This document shows, piece after piece, positions 9,607 through 19,235 of a DNA stretch of 64,000 nt; within the stretch, counting starts at the first letter, position 1; every line of letters begins with the position of its first letter. The DNA lies in assembly GCA_963851035.1 (NCBI GenBank), contig CAWKNY010000003.1, positions 25,293 through 89,292 of the forward strand, written 5' to 3'. Source of the stretch: an uncultured Verrucomicrobiae bacterium (lineage in GTDB: Bacteria > Verrucomicrobiota > Verrucomicrobiia > Chthoniobacterales > Terrimicrobiaceae). The notes under the pieces are model-generated. The model ran no database searches. It had not been told where the DNA came from and saw only the letters and a program-made list of their open reading frames with translations. The position numbers and the translations under genes are program-made.

Positions 9607-10739
9607 GCTGTGTCCTGAAGATGGGATCTTGCCGCGTTCGCCGCCGCCACGGGATTCTCGATGAGAATTTCTGCGACGACGTAACCATTTTGCGGGCCGA
9701 TGCGGAATTGCGATCGTTCGGGGTAGAGCAGTTCGAGCTGACGTTTCAAAATGGCAAGACCTGCGCCGGACGGTCGATCGGACGTCTGAGCGGCCGGGGC
9801 CACCCACGAGCCGGAATTCGATACCTTGATGTGGAGCGTGCGCTTCTCGAGCGCTGTCTGCACAAGAATCTGCAAGGCATTCTCGCACGACTCACGGCCG
9901 TGCTTGATGGCGTTCTCGACGAGCGGTTGCAGGAAAACGCCCGGCACCGGCAACTCACGAGTATTCGCATCAATGTCTATTTTGATTGAAAGAGCGCCGT
10001 CGAATCGTGCCTGCTCAACATCCGTATAACGGGCGAGGGCCTCCGCCTCCTGGCCGAGAGGAACAAACAAGTTGCGCCGGTTCGCAAGAGCGTAACGCAT
10101 GTAATCGGACAGCCCTCTGACGACAAGCGCCAGGCGTTGATTTCCGTCAGATTCGCTAAGGACCGTATTGAGGGCATTGAAGAGGAAATGCGGATTCATT
10201 TGCGAGCGCAGCATGAGGAGCTCGGCCTCGCGGCGCCGGTTCTCAGCCGCTCTCAAGGAAGCGTCCGCGCGCCGCGCCTCCTGAAACGCTCTGATGAGAA
10301 AGTAGAGAAAGCTCCAGGTGGAAAAGAACCAAAAGCGCGGCCAGAGGGAGGAAGCGATGTAGAGGTGGGGGCTGGGGTGGTGTCTTAGCCGTTCGACGAG
10401 GCTGAAGACGGGAAAAGTCAGCGCGATGTCGAGGAGGGCGAGAGCCACGGAAATGAAGATAATCTGCACGGCCAGAGTGAGCCGGCTGATGCGATGGAAA
10501 TATTCCAAGCGGTAGAGATATCTCAAACCGATGGCGAGGAGGAAGCAGGTGATGTCACAGAACAACAGGTAGTAGGCGTGCTGCCTGAGCGACCCTAGCA
10601 GCTCGGTCTCATATGGGATCAGAAAGAGACGGAGCGGAAACAGACCGAAAAAAAGCAGCAGACATCCCGCAAGGTGAAGCTTCCAAAACAGCGGAAGGCG
10701 GCTCAGGGAGAATCTTGGCTCGTTAGCGTTCCGGCTCAC
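9603..10739 (-). CDS. LytS/YehU-type sensor histidine kinase
   Basis: Multi-TM N-terminus, His_kinase signature QMNPHFLFNALNTV, and a HATPase_c-like C-terminus (LQPLVENAIKHG). Confidence 0.9.
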   Translation of the reverse strand: MSRNANEPRFSLSRLPLFWKLHLAGCLLLFFGLFPLRLFLIPYETELLGSLRQHAYYLLFCDITCFLLAIGLRYLYRLEYFHRISRLTLAVQIIFISVALALLDIALTFPVFSLVERLRHHPSPHLYIASSLWPRFWFFSTWSFLYFLIRAFQEARRADASLRAAENRRREAELLMLRSQMNPHFLFNALNTVLSESDGNQRLALVVRGLSDYMRYALANRRNLFVPLGQEAEALARYTDVEQARFDGALSIKIDIDANTRELPVPGVFLQPLVENAIKHGRESCENALQILVQTALEKRTLHIKVSNSGSWVAPAAQTSDRPSGAGLAILKRQLELLYPERSQFRIGPQNGYVVAEILIENPVAAANAARSHLQDTA

Positions 10740-11342
10740 AACGACACGGGTTTAGCAGTCGCGAGGATACGTCCACCATCGGCTCCAGATTGACAAGGTA
10801 TTTTCCAGAAAGCACGGAAAAACGCTGCTTCATCATCGCCTGCGACCGCAGACCAGCTTGGGGGATCGTTGCGGAGCTGGGGGAGGTGTCATACTCTGCA
10901 TATCGCTACACCAATCAACGACGCCGCGATCGGATCGGGAGCACACCCGTCCCGGGTGTAATTGTTCGGCGTCCACGCCGGACGAAACCTATGGCGACGA
11001 GGCTGGTGAGATTCGTCGCCGTGATCTTCGCGATGACATTGACAATTGCTCCGTTTGGCTTTGAGCCTACATTCATTTCATCTTTAGCACAGAAGACTGG
11101 CGCCACGTCCGCCGCGGACGTCCGTCCCTGAACGTATGCCTATCCGCGACCATTTGGCCGCGACGCAGTTGTGGAAGTCTGAGCGCACTGAGTCGCGCCT
11201 TCAGCGCTACTTGTATGCATGTGTCTTCTTGGGCGTTGCCCAAGGCTGGCAATGAAGCCGCGCCGTTGGCGCTAAGCGATATTCGGCGGGCTGATGGGGC
11301 CGAGTCAGAATCCCTAACGTTGAAAGCTATATGTCCCTCGGA

Positions 11343-12455
11343 TCATGACTGCTGGGTAAGAAACAGCAGCAAAATGACGATCAGCGTGGGCAAAATGACG
11401 TAGAAGAAAACCTTGACGTAACTGATGGGACGGTCGCCGGCGATGGCGCCGGTGTAGCCATTGACCACGATCTGGTAGTTTTTCGGCCCGTACGTATAAC
11501 TGACAAGCCACACTGGGACCAGAACATGCTTGAACGTGCGGCCTTGATACTGGGTTTGCACCTGTAAATCACGCTGAGTATCGCCGGGCACCTGTTTGGC
11601 GCAGAGTTCCCTCACCGCGGCTTCCATTTGCGTAAGGTTTAGTTCGGCCGCTTTCCGCAGGTCGACTTGGTAACGTTCTACAGTCCATCCTCGCAGGTAG
11701 GTAGGTTCGTACGGCTTTCAGTTCGTCGCCACGGGTGGGGAAAGGTTCCACTTTGCGCAGAAGGGCGAGTTCGACCCCCATCGTGCCGGGAACAGGATCA
11801 TCGTCGAAGAAATGCTCGACCTCACCTGCTAGCCGGTTGCCAGCGGACGCGCCGCTCGGCAACGGTGACGATCCGGCCATCCGGACCCGCGGCGCTGCAC
11901 ATTCTCGAAATAGACATAGCCGGCCATCGCCGTCCATGCCGCGTGCACATGAGCGTCAAACGTCCAGTAAGGCAAATAGAGTCCGTGCAGGGTGTCGGTC
12001 AGCGCGGCTTTTTTGAACCGGTCTGGCGCGAACATTCGCGAGGCGTACCATTGGCGGAGTCGATCACGGACCTGCGGCTCGGAAAGTCTGGCCGGGAGCA
12101 CCGCTGTCGGTGTGATCGCATCGCGCGCTGTCTCCACCGGAACAATGGATGGCGAGCCGCAGAATTCGCAGCGCTGCGCGGCGCGCGACGCTTCGAAAAC
12201 CGTGATGGCCTGGCAGCTCTGGCACTTGACTTCGCGTTTGTCGAAGTGCCAATCCCGAGTCTCGGATCCTGCCGAACGCAAAGCCGCAGCGAGCTCGGTT
12301 TCGCGGATCGTTTCTCCGAGGGTATCTTTTCCCGGCGTCCATGGCACGATCGTGCCGCAATAGGGACAGACGAGGGCCTGTTTGGAGGCGCTCCACTCGG
12401 CGTCCCCGCCGCACTCGGGGCAGGGATACTTGCGCAGTGCTGTGATCTCAGCCAT
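11343..12455 (-). pseudogene. Zinc-ribbon / C-terminal TM protein (YdjG-like partner of the SPFH gene) broken by three +1 frameshifts
   Basis: N-terminus has CPECGG..CPYCG and CQSCQ..CEFCG ribbons. A coherent protein is recovered only by passing through three frames, with junctions near 11886-11888, 11827 and 11714-11718. Removing one base at each junction restores ..QRRGPDGRIVTVAERRVRWQPASGEVEHFFDDD..ELKPYEPTYLRGWTVERYQVDL.. through to the C-terminal TM helix. Confidence 0.7.
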
Positions 12456-13572
12456 GAGCAGGCGGGTAGCCGAAACTTAAGCTGATCAATGCGCGAGAAA
12501 GTCGTCGAGCGCGGCCTTGGTAATGCGCAACTGGCTGCCGATCTTGCGGCCCTTCAGCTCTCCACTTTCTACCGCTGCAATGACGTCGGAAGCTGTCCAC
12601 ACCAAGCCGCTCCGCCACCTGCTCGGCCGTAAACACCTCGGGCACCCCTCCGGCGGGAGAGGCTGCTCCAGGAAGCGGAGGCGGCACGCCAGGCAACGGA
12701 GGCGGCGTTGACGCCGTTGGTGCGGGTTGACCGACGTCGCGCATCATTTGTTGCGCCATGGCGAATCCCATTGCCATCTCGGCGGGCGCGCTGGCGGCGC
12801 CGCCACCCTGAGCTATGCCCTGGCCCATTTGATACTTCACGTAGTCGTTCAGGTTACCGACCACGCTCATGCCGGAACGCTTGTCGATGGCTTGCTCGAC
12901 TTCTGGCGGCACGGATACGTTCTCAAGGATGAAGCTTGTCACCTCGAGGCCGTACTTTCCAATCATCGCCGGATTGATAGCCGGCACCAATGCCTCGCCC
13001 AGCTCGCCGTAGCGACTGGCCACATCCAGAGCCGGAATTTTAGCGGTGGCGAGCGCATCGCTGAAGGTGCTGACTACGCGCGAGCGCATCGTATCGGCAA
13101 ACTCGTCGATCCGGAAATTCTGGTCCGTCCCGACGACTTCTTTAAGAAAGAGCTGAGGGTTTACCACCTTAAAATCGAAAATCCCGAAGGCCCGCAGGCG
13201 GACGACGCCAAAATCCTGATCTCGCATCATCACCGGGTTTGAAGTCCCCCACTTGTTGCCTGTGAACAGCCGCGTCGAGACAAAATAAATATCCACCTTG
13301 AACGGAGAGACGAAGCCGTACTTCCAACCTTGGATTCGCGCCAGCACCGGCACATTGGGCGTGCTAAGCGTGTGTTTGCCGGGCCAAAAGGTATCCGCAA
13401 ACTGCCCGGTCATGACGAGTTGCGCGACTTGTGACTCGCGCACGATCAATTGCGCGCCATTCTTAATCGCTTTGTCGTCGTCGGGAAAGCGCCACGCCAG
13501 GGTATCGCGCGAATCGTCAATCCACTCGATGATTTCGATGAGTTCGCCGCGGAGGAGATTGATGAGGCCCAT
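12448..13572 (-). CDS. SPFH/band-7-like protein (YdjI-like, COG4260 type), C-terminal HTH out of frame
   Basis: N-terminal 260 aa are typical of this family (GLINLLRGELIEIIEWID.., FKVDIYFVSTR..). The Pro-rich linker is followed by a nonsense tail. Removing one G at ~12597-12600 gives AERLGVTASDVIAAVESGELKGRKIGSQLRITKAALDDFLAH, an excisionase-type HTH, with a stop at 12486-12488. Confidence 0.8.
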   Translation of the reverse strand: MGLINLLRGELIEIIEWIDDSRDTLAWRFPDDDKAIKNGAQLIVRESQVAQLVMTGQFADTFWPGKHTLSTPNVPVLARIQGWKYGFVSPFKVDIYFVSTRLFTGNKWGTSNPVMMRDQDFGVVRLRAFGIFDFKVVNPQLFLKEVVGTDQNFRIDEFADTMRSRVVSTFSDALATAKIPALDVASRYGELGEALVPAINPAMIGKYGLEVTSFILENVSVPPEVEQAIDKRSGMSVVGNLNDYVKYQMGQGIAQGGGAASAPAEMAMGFAMAQQMMRDVGQPAPTASTPPPLPGVPPPLPGAASPAGGVPEVFTAEQVAERLGVDSFRRHCSGRKWRAEGPQDRQPVAHYQGRARRLSRALISLSFGYPPAHG

Positions 13573-13814
13573 AGGATAAAAGAAGTTTGGTGAACGTTCG
13601 CTTACCCTATGTTCCGGCGAACGCCGGTTCTCTGCATATCACTCCAGTAGTGGAAGACGAGGAGATTCTTCATCATCCATTCGGCCCCTCTGAGGCACCG
13701 CGGGAGTTTTGGCTTATTGCGAAGGATCATTTCGCGATCTGGAGAAAACGGATCTCTCGGGATCACTTCCGGATCCATCGTTTTCATTGTGCGCCGTTGA
13801 GATAATGTCCTGCG

Positions 13815-14267
13815 ATGCTTCATGTCGTCCTGGTTGAACCGGAGATTCCTCCAAACACGGGAAATATCGCGCGACTCTGCGTGGCCGCCGGTGCGCGCCT
13901 GCACCTTGTCGAGCCGCTGGGATTTTCCTTGGACGACAAGTTTCTGCGGCGTGCCGGGATGGACTATTGGAGTCGATGCGATGTGCGGATTTGGCCGGCC
14001 TTTCAGAACTTGAGGCAGGAGTCCGGCGAGGGCCGTTTCCACTTTCTCACCAAGAAGTCCGGTCGGGCCTATTGGGATCAACGCTTTGAGGACAACGACC
14101 ACCTGGTATTTGGACGCGAGACCAAAGGCCTTCCCGAAAGCCTGCTCGCCGCGAATCCCGGGCACTGCCTGACGATTCCCATGCGGGAGGGCGCGCGCAG
14201 CCTGAATTTGGCGACCGCCGCCGGTATTGTGCTTTATGAGGCGATCAGACAGCTTCACTTGCTGTGA
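13815..14267 (+). CDS. trmL: tRNA (cytidine/uridine-2'-O-)-methyltransferase TrmL (SpoU family)
   Basis: 150 aa: LHVVLVEPEIPPNTGNIARLC, VFGRETKGLP, RSLNLATAAGIVLYEA. Confidence 0.9.
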   Translation: MLHVVLVEPEIPPNTGNIARLCVAAGARLHLVEPLGFSLDDKFLRRAGMDYWSRCDVRIWPAFQNLRQESGEGRFHFLTKKSGRAYWDQRFEDNDHLVFGRETKGLPESLLAANPGHCLTIPMREGARSLNLATAAGIVLYEAIRQLHLL

Positions 14268-14282
14268 CGGGGGAAAAAGTTC

Positions 14283-15260
14283 ATGATCGCTATTGACCTG
14301 CAGGGACTTACCAAGGCCTTTCGCACGTACCGCAAGGAACGGGGGGTTCGGGGAGCGCTCAAGGGGCTCTTCCATCGCAAGCACACCGAGACCCGCGCCG
14401 TAGACAATATTTCCTTTCAGATCGCCGAGGGCGATTTCGTCGGATTTCTCGGGCCGAACGGCGCCGGAAAGACCACGACGCTCAAAATGCTCTCGGGATT
14501 GCTGTTCCCGACTTCGGGGACGGCCAGTGTCCTGGGTTTTGTGCCGTGGGAACGCAAGGATGCCATGAAGCGCCAGATCAGCCTCCTCATGGGACAAAAG
14601 AACGCGCTCTGGTGGGACCTTCCCGCGCGCGAGTCGCTCGAGCTCAACCGTGTCATTTACGGAATCCCATTGAAGGACTTCGAAGGCATCGTCAGCGAGC
14701 TCACCGAGCTGCTCGATGTGCGCGAGCAGCTCGACGTGATGGTGCGCGAGCTCAGCCTTGGCCAGCGCATGAAAATGGAGCTGATCGCAGCCTTGCTGCA
14801 CCGGCCAAGGGTGCTCTTTCTGGACGAACCGACCATTGGCCTGGACGTCGTGAGCCAAAAAACCGTGCGCGAGTTTCTCAAGCACCACAATGCGACAAGC
14901 CACACGACGATTTTGCTGACCAGCCACTACATGCAGGACATTGAGGAGCTTTGTGAGCGTGTCATCCTCATCGACCATGGGCGCGTCATATTCGATGGAC
15001 CGCTCGAGCGCATCGTGGAGCAGTTCTCCGGCAGCAAGATCGTAGAGGCCAAGTTTTCCGCGCCCACGACCGGCGACTTTGGCTTCCTCGGTTCGATCCT
15101 GGAAAGGACGCCGGATTGCGTGAAGGTTGAAGTTCCCCGCGCGAGAATCGCCGAGGTCTGCCGCATCCTGCTCGATCGGGCTCCGGTGGCGGACCTCACG
15201 GTGGCTGAGCTCCCCATCGAGGACGTTATCCGCAATCTCTTCGGAAAAAATGCGTCCTGA
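14283..15260 (+). CDS. ABC transporter ATP-binding protein (COG4586-like)
   Basis: Walker A GPNGAGKTTT, signature LSLGQRMK, Walker B VLFLDEPTIGLD. No permease gene is adjacent. Confidence 0.9.
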   Translation: MIAIDLQGLTKAFRTYRKERGVRGALKGLFHRKHTETRAVDNISFQIAEGDFVGFLGPNGAGKTTTLKMLSGLLFPTSGTASVLGFVPWERKDAMKRQISLLMGQKNALWWDLPARESLELNRVIYGIPLKDFEGIVSELTELLDVREQLDVMVRELSLGQRMKMELIAALLHRPRVLFLDEPTIGLDVVSQKTVREFLKHHNATSHTTILLTSHYMQDIEELCERVILIDHGRVIFDGPLERIVEQFSGSKIVEAKFSAPTTGDFGFLGSILERTPDCVKVEVPRARIAEVCRILLDRAPVADLTVAELPIEDVIRNLFGKNAS

Positions 15261-15277
15261 GATCGCCGGAACGTGCG

Positions 15278-15604
15278 ATGCTCGGTTTCATGACGCTTGA
15301 TGAATTTCGCGAATGCCGGAGCGAACCCGCCGGATTGACGCCGTCGCTGCGAGCGATGTGGCACGATGCGAAGGGCGACTGGGAGGCCGCGCATCGAATC
15401 GCGCAGGATGACGATTCGTCCGATGCCGCCTGGGTCCACGCCTATTTGCATCGCCGCGAGGGTGACATCTCGAATGCACGCTATTGGTATGCGCGGGCCG
15501 GGAGGCCCGAGTATCGTGGTTCTCTGGAATCGGAGTGGGAGGAGATTGTTCATGCGCTCCTGCGAGCAGGCGGTTCCACCGAACAGAAGGCGGAGGCCAT
15601 ATAG
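15278..15604 (+). CDS. Small conserved hypothetical protein
   Basis: 108-aa ORF directly after the ABC ATPase gene. Protein-like composition (WVHAYLHRREGDISNARYWYARAG). No family assigned. Confidence 0.5.
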   Translation: MLGFMTLDEFRECRSEPAGLTPSLRAMWHDAKGDWEAAHRIAQDDDSSDAAWVHAYLHRREGDISNARYWYARAGRPEYRGSLESEWEEIVHALLRAGGSTEQKAEAI

Positions 15605-15827
15605 AAGGCGGTTCTCACAAGATTTCCGAAAAGATCACTGGAGAGGTGGAGGTCTTGCAGGGCCGCTTAAACTCATCGCTGCTGTGGCTCTCGTCTTCTC
15701 CAGTGCGTCTTCGGACAAGATTTCTAGGAAACGTTCTGGAACAAGAATTGCGTTGCGGCCTTCCCGCCGACAACCAGCGTCGCGCGCAGCGACAATCGCG
15801 TACCTATAGCTTACGCATATCTCCCCC

Positions 15828-16541
15828 ATGCCAAACCGCCTCCACAACCTTTCGCAGCGCCAAACGAATGAAACCACGGCTGAAGGCGGCTTCCATTCGC
15901 TTTTTGTCCCCGCGCTTCCGTCGCTTGAAACATGGAATTGGGATGAGGTGGACGGCGCGCTCGCTGATGCCCCGACGCTTTTTCTTGGCCAGGCATGGCT
16001 ACCCTCGCCGCAAGAGACCTTTCGTCAGGGAATTGTTCATCTAGGATGGCGAGAAACCAGGCTCATTGTGGCGGCAAGCCTCGATGACGACATTATCTTC
16101 ACGCAGGCGACGGCCGACAATCAGCGGCTTTGGGAGCTTGGCGATGTCTTCGAAATCTTTCTCCGGGACGCGGAACGTGAGGGCTATCTGGAGCTGCACA
16201 TCGCACCTGGCGACAAACGTCTGCAGCTCCAGTTTCCCTCACGCCAAACCGTCATTGATTTGCGAAGCGGCCTTGGGCGGCTGGAGGATTTTATCGTCAA
16301 AGAATCTCTTTTCGATTTTCGAACGCGAAAAGCCGCTGGGAGATGGAAGCTTATTGCGCTGATCCCCGCGTCCTCACTCGGCTTGAAAGTCGCAAGTCTG
16401 AAGGGGCGAACGGTCTTTGCCTCCTTCAGCCGCTATGACTATGGAAGCGACGGTGGACCCGCAGTCCTCTCCTCGACCTCTCCGCACGCAAAGCCCGACT
16501 TTCACCGTCAAGGGGACTGGACAAGGCTCGTCTTGTGCTAA
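15828..16541 (+). CDS. Hypothetical protein, CBM9/DOMON-like fold suspected
   Basis: 237-aa ORF (WELGDVFEIFL, LELHIAPGDKRLQLQF). The start is uncertain because the first codons overlap a half-copy of the hairpin repeat. Confidence 0.5.
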   Translation: MPNRLHNLSQRQTNETTAEGGFHSLFVPALPSLETWNWDEVDGALADAPTLFLGQAWLPSPQETFRQGIVHLGWRETRLIVAASLDDDIIFTQATADNQRLWELGDVFEIFLRDAEREGYLELHIAPGDKRLQLQFPSRQTVIDLRSGLGRLEDFIVKESLFDFRTRKAAGRWKLIALIPASSLGLKVASLKGRTVFASFSRYDYGSDGGPAVLSSTSPHAKPDFHRQGDWTRLVLC

Positions 16542-16737
16542 TGGTGAAGAGCTAGAGGCAGCAGATTGCAAAGCTAAAAAGGGAACGGAATTCCGACGCG
16601 GACGCCGGACACCAAACCGGGGACGGGTTATGCTCCCCGAACTCTCGTTTTTCAGCGCGGTCTTTCGGAAATGATCCCGAAAGACGTTCTATGCAGTGTA
16701 TCTATTTCTTGTTGCTGCCGTGCACGATTGTGTGCGC

Positions 16738-17193
16738 TCAAGCCGCGGTTCCGTTGCGCGGCTCAAGGCTGGCCGGCACCAGCTCGAAGACCGAGGAAAC
16801 CTCCTCGGGGATCAGCGTTGGGCGGCCTGTCTGCGCGTCCACGAAGACCCAGTTCGTCTCGCCCCGCGCAATAACAGCGCGGTCTTTCTCGCGAAGCAGG
16901 AGATACTTTCTCAGCGAGCTTGCTTTCCGGAAGGTCGAAACCCAGGTGAGAACGATGACGCGGTCCCCGGCGAATGTCGGCTGCAAATAGTCAACGTGAT
17001 GACTGCGAACAATCCAAGATGCACCGGCGGCTGTGGTTGCAGCCGTGCAGCCCGTCGCGTCCGCGTGCGAGATCGCGGCCGCCTGCATCCAGCGCAGGTA
17101 CTCGATGTTGTTTGTATGGCCATTGGCGTCGATGGCGGCCGCGGGGATGACGATTTCATGGCGGTGGATGGCGGGAGGAGTTTTGTCTTTCAT
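16738..17193 (-). CDS. Acyl-CoA thioesterase (4HBT / YbgC-like hotdog fold)
   Basis: DANGHTNNIEYLRWMQ motif. Start chosen at MKDKTPP; the track ORF extends further upstream into the preceding gene. Confidence 0.75.
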   Translation of the reverse strand: MKDKTPPAIHRHEIVIPAAAIDANGHTNNIEYLRWMQAAAISHADATGCTAATTAAGASWIVRSHHVDYLQPTFAGDRVIVLTWVSTFRKASSLRKYLLLREKDRAVIARGETNWVFVDAQTGRPTLIPEEVSSVFELVPASLEPRNGTAA

Positions 17194-18019
17194 CAAGCAA
17201 ACGGATCGCATCGCGATATGATGGAAAAGCGGGCCGCCAGCCTGTCCCACATAACCTGGCGTTGCTGACGCGTTTGTTCGTCCAGCCGCGCTTTCGATCA
17301 AGGTCCCGGGGTCCCGCGGATGGCAACGGCCGGTGAAAATGATCGGCCAACCAGGAATAGACCTCGAGTTGAGTGGCCGGTGTGCTGTCCGTCACGTTAT
17401 ATATTCCCGGTGTTGCGGAGTGTGTCAAGAGATGGACAACGGCTCTTGCGGCGTCGTCACGATGGATCTGATTGATCCAGCGCAGGCCGTCACCCTCGAT
17501 GACGGCTTGGCCCGAAAGGAACTTGCGCATCAGAACGGAACGACCCGGGCCGTAGAGTCCCGAAAGCCGTGCAACAAAACCACTTGCGTCCCGTGTAACG
17601 GTCTCGGCCTCGAGCAGGATCCGGCCCGTCTCGCGGTCCGGCCGTGTCTCGCTGGCTTCGTTGACCCACGAACCATCGGTCTGCGCGTAAACCGATGTAC
17701 TTGCCGTCATGAGTACCTGCCGCGGCGCAAAGCCGGTGAGGACATTTGTGAGGCCATCGACGTAAATTTGGCGATACCCTTCGGGGACGGCGCGGTCCGG
17801 TCCGGCACAATGGACGAGCGCCTCGACATGGCGCCACGCCGGATCAACCGAAAGCCGGCCGGTGATATCTACCGCGCGCACTTCGTAGGGCTTGGAGGTA
17901 AAGCGCGCGGCGGACTCCCGTGTCGCACATATTCCGAGTACTTCCCAGCCGGTTTCCAAAAACAAGTCGGCTGCGGCTTCACCAAGGAAGCCGCAGCCGA
18001 CAATGACCACCCGGGGCAA
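17156..18019 (-). CDS. NAD(P)-dependent epimerase/dehydratase-family (SDR) protein
   Basis: N-terminal Rossmann motif VVIVGCGFLGEAAA. 287 aa. Confidence 0.75.
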   Translation of the reverse strand: MPRVVIVGCGFLGEAAADLFLETGWEVLGICATRESAARFTSKPYEVRAVDITGRLSVDPAWRHVEALVHCAGPDRAVPEGYRQIYVDGLTNVLTGFAPRQVLMTASTSVYAQTDGSWVNEASETRPDRETGRILLEAETVTRDASGFVARLSGLYGPGRSVLMRKFLSGQAVIEGDGLRWINQIHRDDAARAVVHLLTHSATPGIYNVTDSTPATQLEVYSWLADHFHRPLPSAGPRDLDRKRGWTNKRVSNARLCGTGWRPAFPSYRDAIRLLDERQNSSRHPPP

Positions 18020-18024
18020 AAGGC

Positions 18025-18228
18025 TCAGGGCAAGTTCAGACTAAAGCGGATCTTCATCTTCGAGCGCTTAGCGTTATTTTTCGCCTTGCGACGCGCCTTT
18101 TGGGTGGGCGTCTCGAACGCCCGCAGCCTGCGAACCTCGTCGAGGATGCCCTCTGCATCGAGCTTCGACTTCAAGCGCTTCAACGCGCGATCAATCGGCT
18201 CTCCTTTGCGAACGATCACTTCCGGCAT
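18025..18228 (-). CDS. rpsU: 30S ribosomal protein S21
   Basis: 67 aa: MPEVIVRKGEPIDRALKRLKSKLDAEGILDEVRRLRAFETPTQKARRK. Confidence 0.95.
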   Translation of the reverse strand: MPEVIVRKGEPIDRALKRLKSKLDAEGILDEVRRLRAFETPTQKARRKAKNNAKRSKMKIRFSLNLP

Positions 18229-18359
18229 ATCTTCACCTACTTTCCAACAATTCCTTCTGCGAAAAGACCAAAAACTATAGGAAGCGCGCTTCGCGGCGTC
18301 AAACGATCACTTAATAGATTTGCAAAGTTGACCGCGGACAGCTACAAGTTCGCGGCCCC

Positions 18360-19064
18360 ATGAAAGATTTTTGCCTTTCCGGACATGTCGTGGTGGCACT
18401 TTTCGTTGGCTGCCTGCTTGGCCCCCCACGACTAGTTGCCGACTCGATTCTCTCAGAACTCAGCACTTCGCAGAAAAACCAAATAAAAGGAGGGGAGCAA
18501 GTTATTGTCATTGAGGAAATTGCAGGCAAGGCTTGGCCGCGTATCAAGATCTACCGCTTCATCAATGCCAGTCCAGAGCAGGTTGCGGCCGTGTTTTTCG
18601 ATTTCGAGAACGCCAAGTCCTTTGTTCCCAATCTCTTCAAGTCGGAGGTTTCCAACCGGGTCTCGTCCTGCACGATGGACGTCGACTACGGGCTGGATGT
18701 GCCGATCTTCCCGGATGAATTTTACACCGTTCGCAATAACTTGAGGGCGCCCGCCGAAAATTCGTATTGTTTTGACTGGCAGCTGCTTAGGGCCGTTTTG
18801 ACGAAGGATAGCGTGGGCAGTTTCCGTGTCGAGCCTTGGGATGACAAGTCTTTAGCTTGCTATCAGAATTTGGTGACGCCGGCCTCGAATATAGCCGTAT
18901 TGCTGCGGGGAAGGGCGATCGAGCAGATGAAAGAGACGACCAAGGCGCTTGCAGCTCAGATCGAGAAGGAAAAGTCCACCAATCCTTCGGGATTGAAACG
19001 ACAGATCGCTTCATTGCGGGCAGCCCTCAAGGAGCAGCCCACGCCCCAGCTTTCGAAGTACTGA
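18360..19064 (+). CDS. Secreted SRPBCC/START-like hypothetical protein
   Basis: N-terminal hydrophobic signal-like segment, then a polyketide-cyclase-like domain. Confidence 0.5.
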   Translation: MKDFCLSGHVVVALFVGCLLGPPRLVADSILSELSTSQKNQIKGGEQVIVIEEIAGKAWPRIKIYRFINASPEQVAAVFFDFENAKSFVPNLFKSEVSNRVSSCTMDVDYGLDVPIFPDEFYTVRNNLRAPAENSYCFDWQLLRAVLTKDSVGSFRVEPWDDKSLACYQNLVTPASNIAVLLRGRAIEQMKETTKALAAQIEKEKSTNPSGLKRQIASLRAALKEQPTPQLSKY

Positions 19065-19235
19065 GGGCTGCCGAGTCCGTGTCGCCAGGGGTCGACTGGG
19101 CTGTGCTCTGCGATCGAGCGACGAAAAGGCAACCCTGCCAGCCTCTGGACGTCCGGGAAATCTTTCACCTCGCATCTGCCGCGGGAAACTTCGGTTTCCG
19201 CTGAAGCTCTATCAGAGTCCCCTTTTTCGAGCGCC

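Noticed and set aside
13602-14978. 458-aa minus-strand ORF
   Set aside because: Antisense to trmL and the ABC ATPase gene, both of which have canonical motifs.
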